From contig CM068755.1 of NCBI GenBank assembly GCA_035084275.1, positions 16,926,001-16,990,000 on the forward strand: 64,000 bases of DNA, written 5' to 3'. The stretch is from Hydrolagus colliei (lineage: Eukaryota). Of this stretch, positions 43,775 through 55,512 are shown piece by piece (positions within the stretch are counted from its first letter, which is position 1; each line of letters opens with the position of its first letter). The translations under genes and the position numbers were made by a program. Under the pieces are notes generated by a model. It saw only the letters and a program-made list of their open reading frames with translations, made no database searches and was not told where the DNA came from.

Positions 43775-44462
43775 ATGATGGCGGTGTACATCAGTGCGAA
43801 TACCCTGGAGGTCCCGGCTGTGTCTGACCACGGCTGGAGTGACGAGGAGAGGGACGAGGAGTATTTCCTGCAGGACCCAGATCAGACCTGTGACCAGCTC
43901 CCCATAGCCCTACAGGATGTTGGACAAGATGGTCACCAAGGTCATCGACCGGGCCTGGGAGGTCATCCTCCAACTCCAGGTACAGCGCGAGGTGGACAAG
44001 ATGAACGCCTTGATACCCCATTACCAGTCCTCCGAGGAGGTGACGGTGAGTGCTAGCTGTCATCCCTCCCCTCTTACCCTTACCCCACTCATCCCACCCT
44101 CACCCCACACACTCACTCACTTGCTCGCTCACTCACTCACGCATAACTCACTCACTCACTCATTCACGCATAACTCACTCACTCATTCACGCATAACTCG
44201 CTCACTCATTCACGCATAACTCACTCACTCACTCACGCATAACTCACTCACTCACTCACACAAACACTCACTCATACACTCACACACACACACACACACT
44301 CACACTTGCCCAAGGTTTCGCCCTGACCCGCCTGGATTCGAACACAGTTCTCACGCTTGTAAGGCCAGCGAATGCTCTTAACCACTGAGCTACAAGGACG
44401 GAGCAAGCCAGCCACCCACCCAACGATCTTCTCTCTCCATCTTTCTCTCTCTCTCTGACACA

Positions 44463-44500
<38 letters not shown>

Positions 44501-47500
44501 CTCTCTCTCAGTTCCCCAGCACGCTAAACTGCCTAGCAAACTCGACGGACAAAAAGTACATATTCGCGGGGCTGGCAAACGGCCTTTCGGCTCTGAACAC
44601 AGAGAGCAACGAGGGTGACGGGAACCTGGTTGGAGTCTGCGGTGGAGATTGTCTCGTTGCAGGCCATGCTGGGTGTCGGCAGTTTATATGTCCTGTCCAC
44701 CATCGATAACATAGGTAACTTCATACTTCACACTTGACACTACTGGCGATAAAATAATAATAATAATCCCTGCTTTTGACGTGGGCGGCTTTCTCTCGCG
44801 TCTTCCAATCTAGACTGCGAATCAAAGGCGCTTCGCACGGGATATATGCTCTAAAGTGACTTGACCGTATATATATATATGTATATTTGTTGGGCGAGCG
44901 AAACACGCACAGCAACAATGTCCACATCCACCCAGCCACACACACACACACACAGTCGTGGATTGAAATGACCAATTTTTTTTTAGGGATTATTATTATT
45001 AGGCGCGTGTGTGTGCGTGTGCGTGGAGTAAGGAAACTTGCCCATGGTTTTGCCCTGACCTGCCTGGATTTGAATACAGGTCTCTCACACTTGTAAGAGT
45101 GAGTGAGTGAGTGCTCTAACCCGACGAGCTGCACAGGGACGGGATGTAGGGAAAGAAAGAGGATCTTGTGAGTTTTGCTCTTTAATCGGCTTGTTTGTCG
45201 TCTGTCAGGTGTGGCTCGGCTGTTTGTATTTTACACCAATAGTTTCTATTTGGTGAAAACCATCAACGCAACTGTGAGTACCCAGGTCCCTGGGAGGTGG
45301 GGGGGGGGGGTAGTGGGGGGGGGGGAAATAAACAGTAGGGGTTTAATTAGCTTCACACTCCACCTGTAATAACCTCATCAAGCCTGAGGTGTTGGGATCT
45401 CCACCGGCTGATGTTTTCACAAGTGTCCGGGGACTGGATGGTGTGAGGGTGGGAAGAGCATGAGATGGAGAACTCCCGACACCTCATCTCTGCCAGTAAT
45501 TAAACCCCAGAACGAGAACCACGCAGAGTCAATAAATAATCAATAATAATAATCCTGGCATCTGAAACAACGGATTTTCACATATTATCAACGTCTCAAA
45601 GCGCTTCACAGAATATACTGTAAAGTGAATTTGACTGTATACATATTTGCGGGCGAAACGCGGCCGACAATTCCACACGGCAGCGTCCCTCCCCCCACAA
45701 ACAGTCGTGGATTGAAATGACCAATTTTTATTATTGTGTTTTTTTTGGAGGGGTTATTTTTAGGCGCGTGTGTGTGTGTCTGTGTGTGTGTCTCTCTGTG
45801 TGTGTGTATGTGGCGTAAGGAAACTTATCCAAGGTTTCGCCCTGGTCTGCCTGGATTCGAACACAGGTCTCACACTTGTAAGGCAGGGGGGTTGAAAGTT
45901 CCTGCAAACTCAAACCTTCCGATGCGGAGACAAGTGTTAGTGACTGAGCCTGGCTGAGAATTTGGGTGAAACCTTTGTTGGGATTCAAGAGGATGTTAAG
46001 GATCTTTCGTTTGAACCCACATCTTTCAGTCTCAGTGTCAGTGTCCTTCCACATTTCCACGAGAAGTTTGTTGTTGATTTGCTTTAGGATGATCCGAGCA
46101 AGAGAAACATTTGCATTGAGTTTCAACTGTCGGCCGGTGGTGAATTTGCCAGCATCACTTTTCAAGGTAATGCACACGCCACAATTCAGTCTGAGGCAGC
46201 TGGCCTCGGACAGTGGATCCCTGACATGACAGCATTGGGGTGGGTGGGGTGGGTATGGGGTGGGAGACTGGGGGGTGAGGGGTGTTGGGGGGGGTGGGGG
46301 GGGGGGGGGGGGGGGGGGAGAGCGAGAGAAAGGTGCCTGAATCCTAGCGTCCTAACCTCATCAGCCACAACCTTCCTGGTGCCCACGTCCCAGTCTCGGG
46401 GGTGGTGGGGGGGGGTAAGCTTTCCCTAGTGTTGGAGGGGTGCGGGTGGGGGGGGGGGGGGGTGGACGGTTTGTGGGAGATGTGTGTGCAGAGCTCAGTG
46501 TGTTTCTCGTGTCCTTTGTGCAGAGAAAGAGGAATATTATCTGGAAATCTATCGGTTGTTGAAGGATGCCTGGTTATCAGACCTAGAGCAGATGCTCGCA
46601 GCTCCCCAGAAACACGTTTCGTTGAAAGACCCACCTAGGGTACGTCCAAGCCTTCATTACTCCTCTTTTAAGGCAATAAAAACCTTGCAATTTGATGTAG
46701 AGCCACATCACGTTGTTGAGAAGTCTCCCAAAACGCTGAATAGGATTTATTATATCACGAAGTGAATTTGAACACACATTTTGTTGGGCGAAAAAATGGC
46801 AGCTAGTTGTCCCACAAACAATTGCGGATTGAGTTCCCAAATTATTCTTTTTATTTATTTATTTATCGGATGGATTATTGCTCCCAGAAAGCAATCGAAG
46901 AACAACCGGGTTTGTACTGAATAAATGTGAATTGTTTTGTGTTGTTATGAGTAGTGACCGATTTTGGTTTCCTCCTCCAGCAAAGCCAAGCCTCAGGCCT
47001 GGATGACATCAAGTTGGCAGCACCAGTTCTAACAATGAGACTGAGGCCTAAAAAATTTCCAGGTAGGATTCGGGAACTGCTGGTACTTGACGGTAGATTC
47101 CTCTCACAGAAACCTCGGCAGAAAAAGGCCATTCACCTCCACGCTACAGCGAATCCCGTGAAGCGCTTTGAGGCGTCCTCCCGATGTGAAAGGCGCTATC
47201 TTATATCAAACGCAAGGATTATTATTCTTGTATTGTATTAATTGTCTGTCTTTCACAATCCCGTGTTCTTTCCCCCCGTTTGCTGCGTGTTCAATACTAA
47301 TAATTACCCTTGCGTTCCGCACAATGACGACGACAAAATTACATATTTAGATACAGGAATCCCGTAGCGGAGTGGTTAACTTAGCGAGATCACCTCGCGA
47401 GTGAGAGGACCTGGGCTTGTACATGTGGGGGTGGGGGTGAAAAATGGCAGCTAATTGCACAGACAAATAGCTGCAAACAGACGTAGATTGAGTGCAATCT

Positions 47501-50500
47501 TTACAGTTCACTAGTACATTCTGTGAAGTATCTTTGAGACATCTCAACAACCTGACAAATGCAGCTATTATTATTATGATCTGCAGGTGAAAAAAATACC
47601 GTGGAATGAAGTTCAAGAAGTATACAACTGCTCTGAGAGCTGCTCTACATAAGGGCTTGACTGGGTGGGAGGGGTGGGGGGGTGGGTGGGGGCGTCTGTG
47701 AGGATAGCACGTTGACTAAAGTTCTATTTAAAGTTCTGATCAGCGCTCGGGACCTCCTCCCTATGTCAACAACAACAACAACAACAAAATTACAATTGTA
47801 TTGTTGACCCCCTCGGGAGGACGGTCCCAAATTGATGGAATTCTCTGCCCCAAAGAGCTGTCGATGCTCGGTCGGTTGTTGAACGTGCGATTGATAAGAT
47901 TTCTTGTGGATAAAGGGATTGAGGGATATGGGGATAAAACAGGTGGGGGAGGGGGGGGGGCAGGTGGAGTTAGATTAGATGATCAGCCATGATCTTATTG
48001 AATGGCGTGGGCCAGGCTCGAGGGGCTGAATGACCTACCCCTCCCTTACTCCTAATTCTTATGTTCATAGGTAAGTCGCTATCCAAGTATAATTTTGCTG
48101 TTGTAATCTCTTTTCTGTGCTCGAATCATTTCAGACTGAAATTTGATGTGTCTTCCCTCTGGGCACCTCACACAAATTCAACTGTACCCAGCCCGGGGGG
48201 ATTTTTTTTTGGTTTCTTTCGTTTTAGTTTTCGTTTTTTTTTTTTCTCTTGTTGTTTGTTGCTGCTGCTGCTGCTGCTTCCTGCAACAGAATCCTCTTGG
48301 AAAACTCTAACGGACGCCCACCAGAAGATTGGAATCACCGCATTGATGGGGACAGGTCATGGACATGCCATCAGCGCCCAGCAATGGAGGGAGGAAGCCA
48401 AGATATTTGAAGAAATGTACAAGAACTCGCTGGCCAAAGACACCACCACAGGGGAAGCAGAGGAATCTCCCAGGTTATTATTTTACTCCACTCCTCCCCC
48501 CCCACCCCCCACCCCTCCCCCACCCACCCCTCCCCGTTCTCAGAGCGCGTAGAGCTGAGGTTCGACAGAGATCTGTCTCCGCACCTTGTTGCCTTCCTCA
48601 CCTCTTTCAAGACTCGGTCTCAAGAACCCCTCCGTTTTTGACCATTTCCTTCGGTCATCCTCCCTCTAGCCCCTCTCACCCTCCCTACAACAACAACAAC
48701 TTCGATTTATATAGCGCCCTCAAAAGCGCCGGATGGCGTCTCAGAGCGCTTGACAATAATGGATCCTGGGGGGCAAGCCAGAGGGTGGTGGGGGGGGGGA
48801 GAAAGGTAACCAAAGGCATGGTCAAAGAGAAACGTCTTTAGGCTGAGACCTGAAACTGGGAAGAGAGAGAGGGGGTGAGGAGAGGGCGAAGGGGGTGAGG
48901 AAGGGAGTTCCTCGAAAGTCCCTACCCTCCCTCCACCCCTCAGCTCAGGTGCAAATCCTTGGACCGTTTAGTGCCTTGGGATGTGCCTCCTGATGTGAAA
49001 GACGCTGTGCCAATGTCATTTGTTGCTGTTGAGATCACATGTTGCAGCTCATTTGATCTCATTCAACCCCCAAATGCCCCCTCTCTCTTGTCATCCACCC
49101 AATACGTCAGGTGAAGAGCTTTGAGGCGTCCTCCCTCCCTCCAGGTGTGAGAGACGCTGTCTGAGGCGTCAGGATTAATCGTACGATTGTTTACTGAGAG
49201 GAAACCTTTTGCTCTGATTTGCAGTCAGCCGAGGTGCTACTTCCTGATGCTGGGACGCGTTCTTCCTGTGTGGATGGACAATAAATCCTACTTTGGTGAG
49301 ATCCCTGACTCACATTACTTCCTCCAGTTTTTAACATTAACTTTTTTTGCGGCCAGGTTAAAGGTTTCCTCGCTATTCTCCTATCTTTTTGCACCCCCCC
49401 CCCTTCCCCCCACTCCCCGAGTCTCTCCCCCCCCCCCCCACCCCCGACTCGTTCGTTGGCGTTAGGAGGGAGCGAAGGTCTATCGAGCGGGCAAGTGAGT
49501 GTGCCAAGGCAGAGTAAAAAGCCAAGAAACTTCAATCCCCGGGTCTTTTTGAGGGTTTTTTTTTTAGCTCCCAGTCGGCCTGGAGGTCGAGGGCTTGGAT
49601 TATTGGAAAAATGCCGTCCTTCACAAAGGATGCAAAGCTTGAGCTCCGATCTTTACTCGGGATGGATGTTAAAGAATCTCACAGACTGGGACCTGAACCC
49701 TCCATCAAGGCCCTAGTCTGTCCACTCCCCCCCACCCACTCCCCCCTTGCGAGCTGACCCGAGGGATTCTCATTACATTGTGCAATTGGAGAAGGAAGTT
49801 TGTTGGCAGGAAGTTCCTGAATTTGTTGTTGTTTTGGTATCTTTCCCGCAGGTACCTTGGGCGTATGGTGGACCGGAAACCAAAACATTTATTTGTATGT
49901 GCTAACAAAGCCAACAGGAAAGGAAAAGCCAGGCAAGAGCACACTTTCTACCATCTTAAGTGAGACCAGTGCTGGTCTTGAAGACTCTCCTGTTGTTTTT
50001 TTTTGACCGATTAAATAATGAAATGCTGTTTCAAAGGTTGAAGAGCTCAGTAAGAGGGTGGGGGCAGGGGGTGGGTGGGGGGCAGGGGTGGGGGGGCAGG
50101 GGGGCAGGGGGTGGTGGGGGGGGGCAGGGGGTGGGGGCGACAGGGGGGTGGCGGCAGGGGGGGTGGGGAGGGTGGCGGATGGGGGTGGGGGGGGGCGGTG
50201 GGGCTGTCTCTGTGCCAGTGTAAATGTTGGTGGTTTCTTCGGAAGGGGTGACTGATGGACGTTTGTGTTTTGTCTGCCGCTCCTCACTGTGTGTTACAGA
50301 TGTGGACCCCAAGCCTGACGTGGTCTGGCCCCACGCACGCCCCATTTGCTGCGCTACCGTCAACAACCAGACCACTCTGCTTGCATCTGGGCTGATAGAT
50401 GGAGTAATCACCATCTGGAATACTAGGCTAGGTACAGTATTCAATAGGTACAGTATATAATAGGTACAGTATATAATAGGTATATAATATTATTTATTAA

Positions 50501-53500
50501 TGGCCTAATAGATTATTTATTATTAGCCGAATGGCCTACTCCTGCTTCTAATTCTTATGTTCTTATGTATTATTATTATTATAACACCTCCTCCTCCAGG
50601 AATGGCGATATCAGTCCTGCCAATCCAGGTGGGAAGTATAATCTCCAGCATGGACTTCCTGGGAGAAGCCCGCACACTTCCCAACAATTCGTACGACAAA
50701 ATCGCCAAACCCCAGATCTTGGTGACCTGCAAAAGCAGCGAGGTCTTCGTGGTGACAACAAGCGGGTACACGGCAGCCAGCATCTGCACACTGAGAGAGA
50801 GGTGAGAGGTGAGGGGTGGTTGGGGGTGGCTGAGAGAGAGGTGAGGGGGAGTGGGATCAGGGTGGGGTGATGGGGTGGCTGAGAGAGAGGTGAAGAGGGG
50901 GGAAGGTGGGGCCTGTAAAGTGAATTGACTGGATATATTTGTGGGTGAAACGCGGCAGCCGATTGCGCACAGCAGCGTCCCCCCCACACAAACAGTCGAG
51001 GGTTGAAAATGACCAATTTTATTATTGTGTTTCTCCTTGGAGGGATTATTAGTAGGCGCGCGCGTGTGTGTGTGTGAGAGTGTGTGAGTGTGAGTGTGTG
51101 TGTGTGTGTGTGTGAGTGTGTGTGTGTGTGTGTGTGTGAGTGTGTGGAGCAAGGAAACTTGCCCAAGGTTTCACCCTGAACCTGATCTGCCTGGATTCGA
51201 ACCCAGGTGGAAATCGCTAATGGCAAATGTTTTTGTTCCAGAACTGAAGATCCCGAGTCCTCCATCACTGCGGTGCAGGTGGTGCCATCCATGTCTACCC
51301 TGGTACGTTCCCCCCTCTCCCCAACCGTCTCCCCACCCGTCTCCCCGGCGGGAACCTTCCCAGATCCCGCCCGTCCCACGGCACCAATGTAAATCATTGT
51401 TGTTGTTGTTCCAATTCAAGATCCTTCGTCCTCACTTTAAAGGCTATTCACGGCCTTGTCCCCGCCTATCTCTCTGACCTACTGTCTCCCTATCAGCCCA
51501 ACCATCCCCTCCGTTCAGCAGACTCAAGCCTGCTCCACGTCCACCACCCTAACCCCCCAACCATCGGTGGCCGGGCTCTCAGCCTCTCTGCTCCCACACT
51601 GTGGAACTCCATCCCGCAGCCCCTCCGCTTCCTTCCTTTCCTCCTTCAAGGCCAGTCTCAAGACCTTCCTCTTCGACCGCGCCTTCTGCTGCCTTCCTAT
51701 CTCTACCCCCTTTTCTACTCTCCATCCCCGCCTGCCCCCTTCCCCGACCCTCCCCCCTCCCCCCCCCCCAAGCTCCACCTAGCTGTTCAGCACCTCGCGA
51801 CGTCCTCCTGTCTGTGTGTATGTGTCTCTCTCTCTCTTCTCTCCTCTCCTCAGATATTTCTGACCTTCAGGAATGGGAGCACTGCGTTGGTGGACGGGAC
51901 ACAGGGAACGATTTGCCATTTTGTCCTCCCCTCCACCCACACCATAGGAACACCCTGGGAACCCACCTTTGCTTTCGATGCTTCGGGTCATTTGTTGTAC
52001 ATCAAAGGTACACAATCAACGTACAAACTGTCACCGCAGTGTTTTGGGGGACCAAGGTTTTTGTTTCTCTCTCAGAGCTCCTGTAGCTCAGTGCTTAGAG
52101 CACTCACTCACTCTCCTTACAGGCGTTGAGACCCATGTTCGAATCCAGGCAGGTTCAGGGTGAAACCTTGGGCAAGTTTCCTTACTCCGCACGCACGCAC
52201 ACACGCGCGCACGCCTAATAATAATCCCTGCAAAAAATAACCCCACAATAATGAAATGAGTCATTTTCAATCCACGGCTGTTTGTGGGGGGACACTGCCG
52301 TGTGCAATCGGCTGCCGCGTTTCGCCCACAAATGTCCAGTCAATTCACTTTACAGTGTATTCTGTGAAGCGCTTTGAGACGTCGAAAATAGCTATATCAA
52401 ATACAAGGATTATCATTATTATTATAGAAACAGTTTGAATGTCTGTTTTGTTCTGTACAATACACTATGCGAGTATCTCGACAGACCCAAGGCAGCCGGT
52501 AAACATAGACATACACACTCACACGCGAATAAACAAACACACAGACACACACACGTTATTATTCGTGATACCTGAATGGAGATGGAAGTGGGTGGGGGTG
52601 GGGGGGTGGGGGCTGAGGATATCTCTCTCTCTCTCTCAGAGCTGCAGTGAAGCTCAGTGACTCGCTGAGACCTCGATTCCCTTCACAGTGGCTGAGAAGC
52701 AGGGCCTGGCGAGCGCCAGCTCGGTGTTTGTCTTCTCGCTGGTGTCCATCCCCCGCCTAAAGGTCTACATCAGGAAACACGAGCAACCTCTGCCGCCGCT
52801 CTCGTTAATCAGCTGCAGCAAACAAAGCGGACTCTTCCTGCAGGAAAGGTGAGGCGTGAACATCGATCGCGAGGGGAGTGGGGGGGTGGAGACGCACAGA
52901 ACCAACGCTCGGTGTTTTTCGTTGAGTAAACAAGAAGAACAACAACTTTGATTTGTATAGCTTTGATTTGTGGGGACGCTGCTGTGCGCAATTGGCTGCC
53001 GCGATTCGCCCACAAATATATACAGTCAATTCACTTTACAGTATATTCTGTGAAGCGCTTTGGGACGTTGATAAAAAAAAATGTGGAAAGCTATATCAAA
53101 TGCAAGGATTATTATTATTATTATAGCTCCTTCCCCTCCCTCCCTCCCCTCTCTCCCTCCCCTCCCCTCTCTCCCTCCCTCTGAAGGCGCGGTCGAACAG
53201 AAAGGTCTTTTAGCCGAGACCTGGAAACTAAGAAGAGAGGGTCGGGGGGCGAGGCCAGGGGGGGTTGGGGGGGAGAGGGGCGTCTGAGGCGAAGGGAGTG
53301 AGGAAGGAGTTCCAGAGTTTCCTGTTGGCAATTGGCTGCCGAGTTTCCGTCAATCCGCTTTACAGTATGATCCGTGAAGCTAAAGAATTAAGAAATCTTA
53401 ACGCGTGCGTTAAATATCCGTCACGCTGACCTGACCGTACGTTGTTGTTGTTTTCTCCCCCAGAATTAAATCATTGAAGAAGAGAAAACGAGGGATTGGC

Positions 53501-53537
53501 CGAGTGTTGGAACCGTCTGAAACGGGAAGCTCTGTAA
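43775..53537 (+). CDS. WDR93: WD repeat-containing protein 93; exons 43775-44045, 44512-44714, 45209-45273, 46088-46166, 46524-46639, 46981-47062, 48290-48473, 49225-49295, 49852-49932 (or 49959), 50300-50431, 50600-50801, 51242-51302, 51854-52007, 52689-52848, 53464-53537; three +1 frameshifts as assembled
   Basis: Peptides matching WDR93 in order: VYISANTLEVP...DPDQTCDQLP/PYRMLDKMV, GVARLFVFYTNSFYLVKTIN, DDPSKRNICIEFQLSAGGEFAS, LEIYRLLKDAWL, DIKLAAPVLTMRLRP, GTGHGHAISAQQW, PDVVWPHARPI...DGVITIWN, PWEPTFA, CWNRLKREAL*. Exon phases are consistent once the frameshifts are allowed. Lies between PEX11A and MESP as in human. Confidence 0.88.
44105..44300. repeat. CACT/CGCATAACT tandem repeat
   Basis: Repeated CACTCA(C/T)TCACGCATAACT units. 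Confidence 0.8.
44752..45133 (-). mobile_element. Full-length tRNA-derived SINE
   Basis: Same family, minus strand. Confidence 0.85.
45338..45508. mobile_element. 171-bp inverted-repeat (MITE-like) element, copy 1, in a WDR93 intron
   Basis: 12-bp perfect terminal inverted repeats GGGGTTTAATTA...TAATTAAACCCC and an internal inverted pair; 169/171 identical to 58889-59059. Confidence 0.6.
45545..45884 (-). mobile_element. tRNA-derived SINE, near full length
   Basis: Same family; its tail abuts the 171-bp element. Confidence 0.85.
47827..48068 (+). mobile_element. CR1-type LINE 3' fragment
   Basis: TGGAATTCTCTGCCCCAAAGAGCTGTCGATGCT...GAGGGGCTGAATGACCTAC...CCTAATTCTTATGTTC, homologous to 63577-63800 in reverse. 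Confidence 0.8.
50914..51206 (-). mobile_element. SINE, internal fragment
   Basis: Family core and B box. Confidence 0.8.
51410..51700 (+). mobile_element. Degenerate L2-like LINE 3' fragment (similar fragment at about 2130-2480)
   Basis: Pyrimidine-rich TTCAAGATCCTT...GGTGGCCGGGCTCTCAGC...CTGTGGAACTCC...TTCAAGGCCAGTCTCAAGACCTTCCTCTT, the pattern of a LINE ORF2 C-terminus (LWNS..P...FK..LKT.LF). Confidence 0.55.
52075..52425 (+). mobile_element. Full-length tRNA-derived SINE
   Basis: TAGCTCAGTG and GTTCGAATCC boxes, family core and ATT tail. Confidence 0.9.
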
Positions 53538-53802
53538 CTCTGCCGGCGGTGAGGCGGGAGGGAGAGGAGGGAGAGGAGGGGGAGGAGAGAGGAGAGGAGG
53601 GAGGAGAGAGTAGGCGCCTGTCACAGAACATAGACAAATAGCAGCGTGAGAGGGGAGGGGGGGGGGGCATAGGCAGAAACTTTCATTCATTCCCTGGAAC
53701 CCAGAAAATTCTCCTACAACCCCCGCCCCCCACCCTTCCCCCCCCACTCCCCCTCCTACTCTCCTAGCACAATCTGAGCCACAGGACAGCGAGTTGGGGA
53801 GT

Positions 53803-53833
<31 letters not shown>

Positions 53834-54171
53834 GGGAGGGGCTGAGGGGGTGGGTGGCGGAGAGGGGTAGGGTGAAGTGAACTGTTTTCTTTACTGGTGA
53901 AGCTTGAAAACACTCCATTCAAATGAAATAAATCTGAATGACACAGGCTTTTATAATTTCGCCATAGTCTGCGATGTGTTATTTCTTGCTTTGTGTTTAG
54001 TTTGTGTATAAATACTGTACGTACACCCCCGACAAAATATAGGTTGAGGCAGTAAAATGTGTCTCCCAAGAGCACCCATCAACACTCCAAAATGTGTCCG
54101 GAAAAATTCATCAAATTTCCCGGCCAGAGTTTTGGCCAAATATTTCTGAAAACGTTTTTATTGTCCTCGCT

Positions 54172-54546
54172 AATCATTCTTGCATTTGATATCGCGGCTT
54201 TTCACATCTTATCGACGTCTCAAAACGCTTCACAGAATATACTGTAAAGTGAATTGAATGTATATATATATATTTGTGGGAGAGCGAAACGCGGCAGCCA
54301 ATTGCGCACAGCAGCGTTCCCCCCCCCCCCCCCCCCCCCCAAACAATCATGGATTGAAATAACCAATTTTCATTATCGTGTTTTTTTTTGACTGATTATT
54401 ATTAGTCGCGCGTGTGTGTGTGTGTGTGTGTGTGTGTGGAGTAAGGAAACTTGCTCAAGGTTTCGCCCTGATCCGCCTGGATTCGAACACAGGTCTCACG
54501 CCTGTAAGGCGAGTCCCTGCTCTAACCACTGAGCTACGGGAGCTCC
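54172..54546 (-). mobile_element. Full-length tRNA-derived SINE
   Basis: Reverse-complement match to the family over head, core and tail. Confidence 0.9.
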
Positions 54547-55023
54547 ATCGCATTGAACAGCAGTGACCGTTTGGGGTGAAGCTCTTTCGGGGGCTGGGGG
54601 TGTCTCAACATGACAGAAGGAGTGTGTAGCAAATGCAACTAACCACAGTATTTTATCAGTGAAAGTTCCTGATCTATAGATACCGCACCCCCTTGTGGTG
54701 TGAAGGCAGAACTGACCTAATGGCAGGTAACTACAGCCACTGTAGTTACCTACAGTAACTACAGTAAAGCTGACAGACACTGAATCAATTAGAGGGGCGT
54801 CTCTAAACCTACACACCATTTGTCAGAGGGCCTACAAACTCTGCCCCTGTGTCTGATTCTGTGCCTTGAAGGTTTAAAGATGGAGCAGAAATTTGTGGGA
54901 AAGTTTATTTGTAAAGTTCGTTCCGAATCTGGAAGCCGATTTCTTTTTTTTTTTAAAAAGCAGAGGAACGACGGCTTTAATAGTCAGGACTGGATTGGTG
55001 AATTTTAAGAAAAATTGGACTGA

Positions 55024-55330
55024 CAGGTCATACGTTTCCTTGCTCCACCCACAAACACACACACACACCACACACACACACGCCTAATAATAATCCATTA
55101 AAAAAAACTGTACAGTAATAAATTGATCATCTCAATCCACAAATGTTCATGGGGTGGGGGGGGGGGGGGGACACGCTCTGTGCGCAATTGGCTGCCGTGT
55201 TTTGCCCACAAATATATATACAGTTAATTCACTTTACGGTATTCTGTGAAGCGCTTTGAGACACAGTCTAGAAGACATGAAAAGCCGCGATATAAAATGC
55301 CAGGATTATTATTATTATTATTATTATTAT
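55024..55330 (+). mobile_element. SINE, 5'-truncated
   Basis: Family core and (ATT)n tail. Confidence 0.8.
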
Positions 55331-55512
55331 ATAGAATTTCAAACCCCCACGAGAGGAGAGAAAGTTGAGTGAAAAAGGTTTGAACAATTTGGTCGCACAC
55401 AGACAGGGTTTATAATAAGAATTGTTTTAATTAAGGAATAAAGTAATATTTTCTATGTACATTACAAAACAATACAAAGGTAGCCGGTGCGTACACATAT
55501 AAGATTTGCCAG

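Noticed and set aside
43064-43831. 255-aa His/Thr-rich ORF and overlapping ORFs
   Set aside because: Translation of a (GT)n-based minisatellite.
50579-51397. 272-aa minus-strand ORF
   Set aside because: Spans antisense WDR93 exons, a SINE and simple repeats; no coherent protein.
52075-52160. tRNA-like sequences with A and B boxes (also at 60079, 54546 and others)
   Set aside because: They lack a proper acceptor stem and are always fused to the SINE body, so they are SINE heads rather than tRNA genes.
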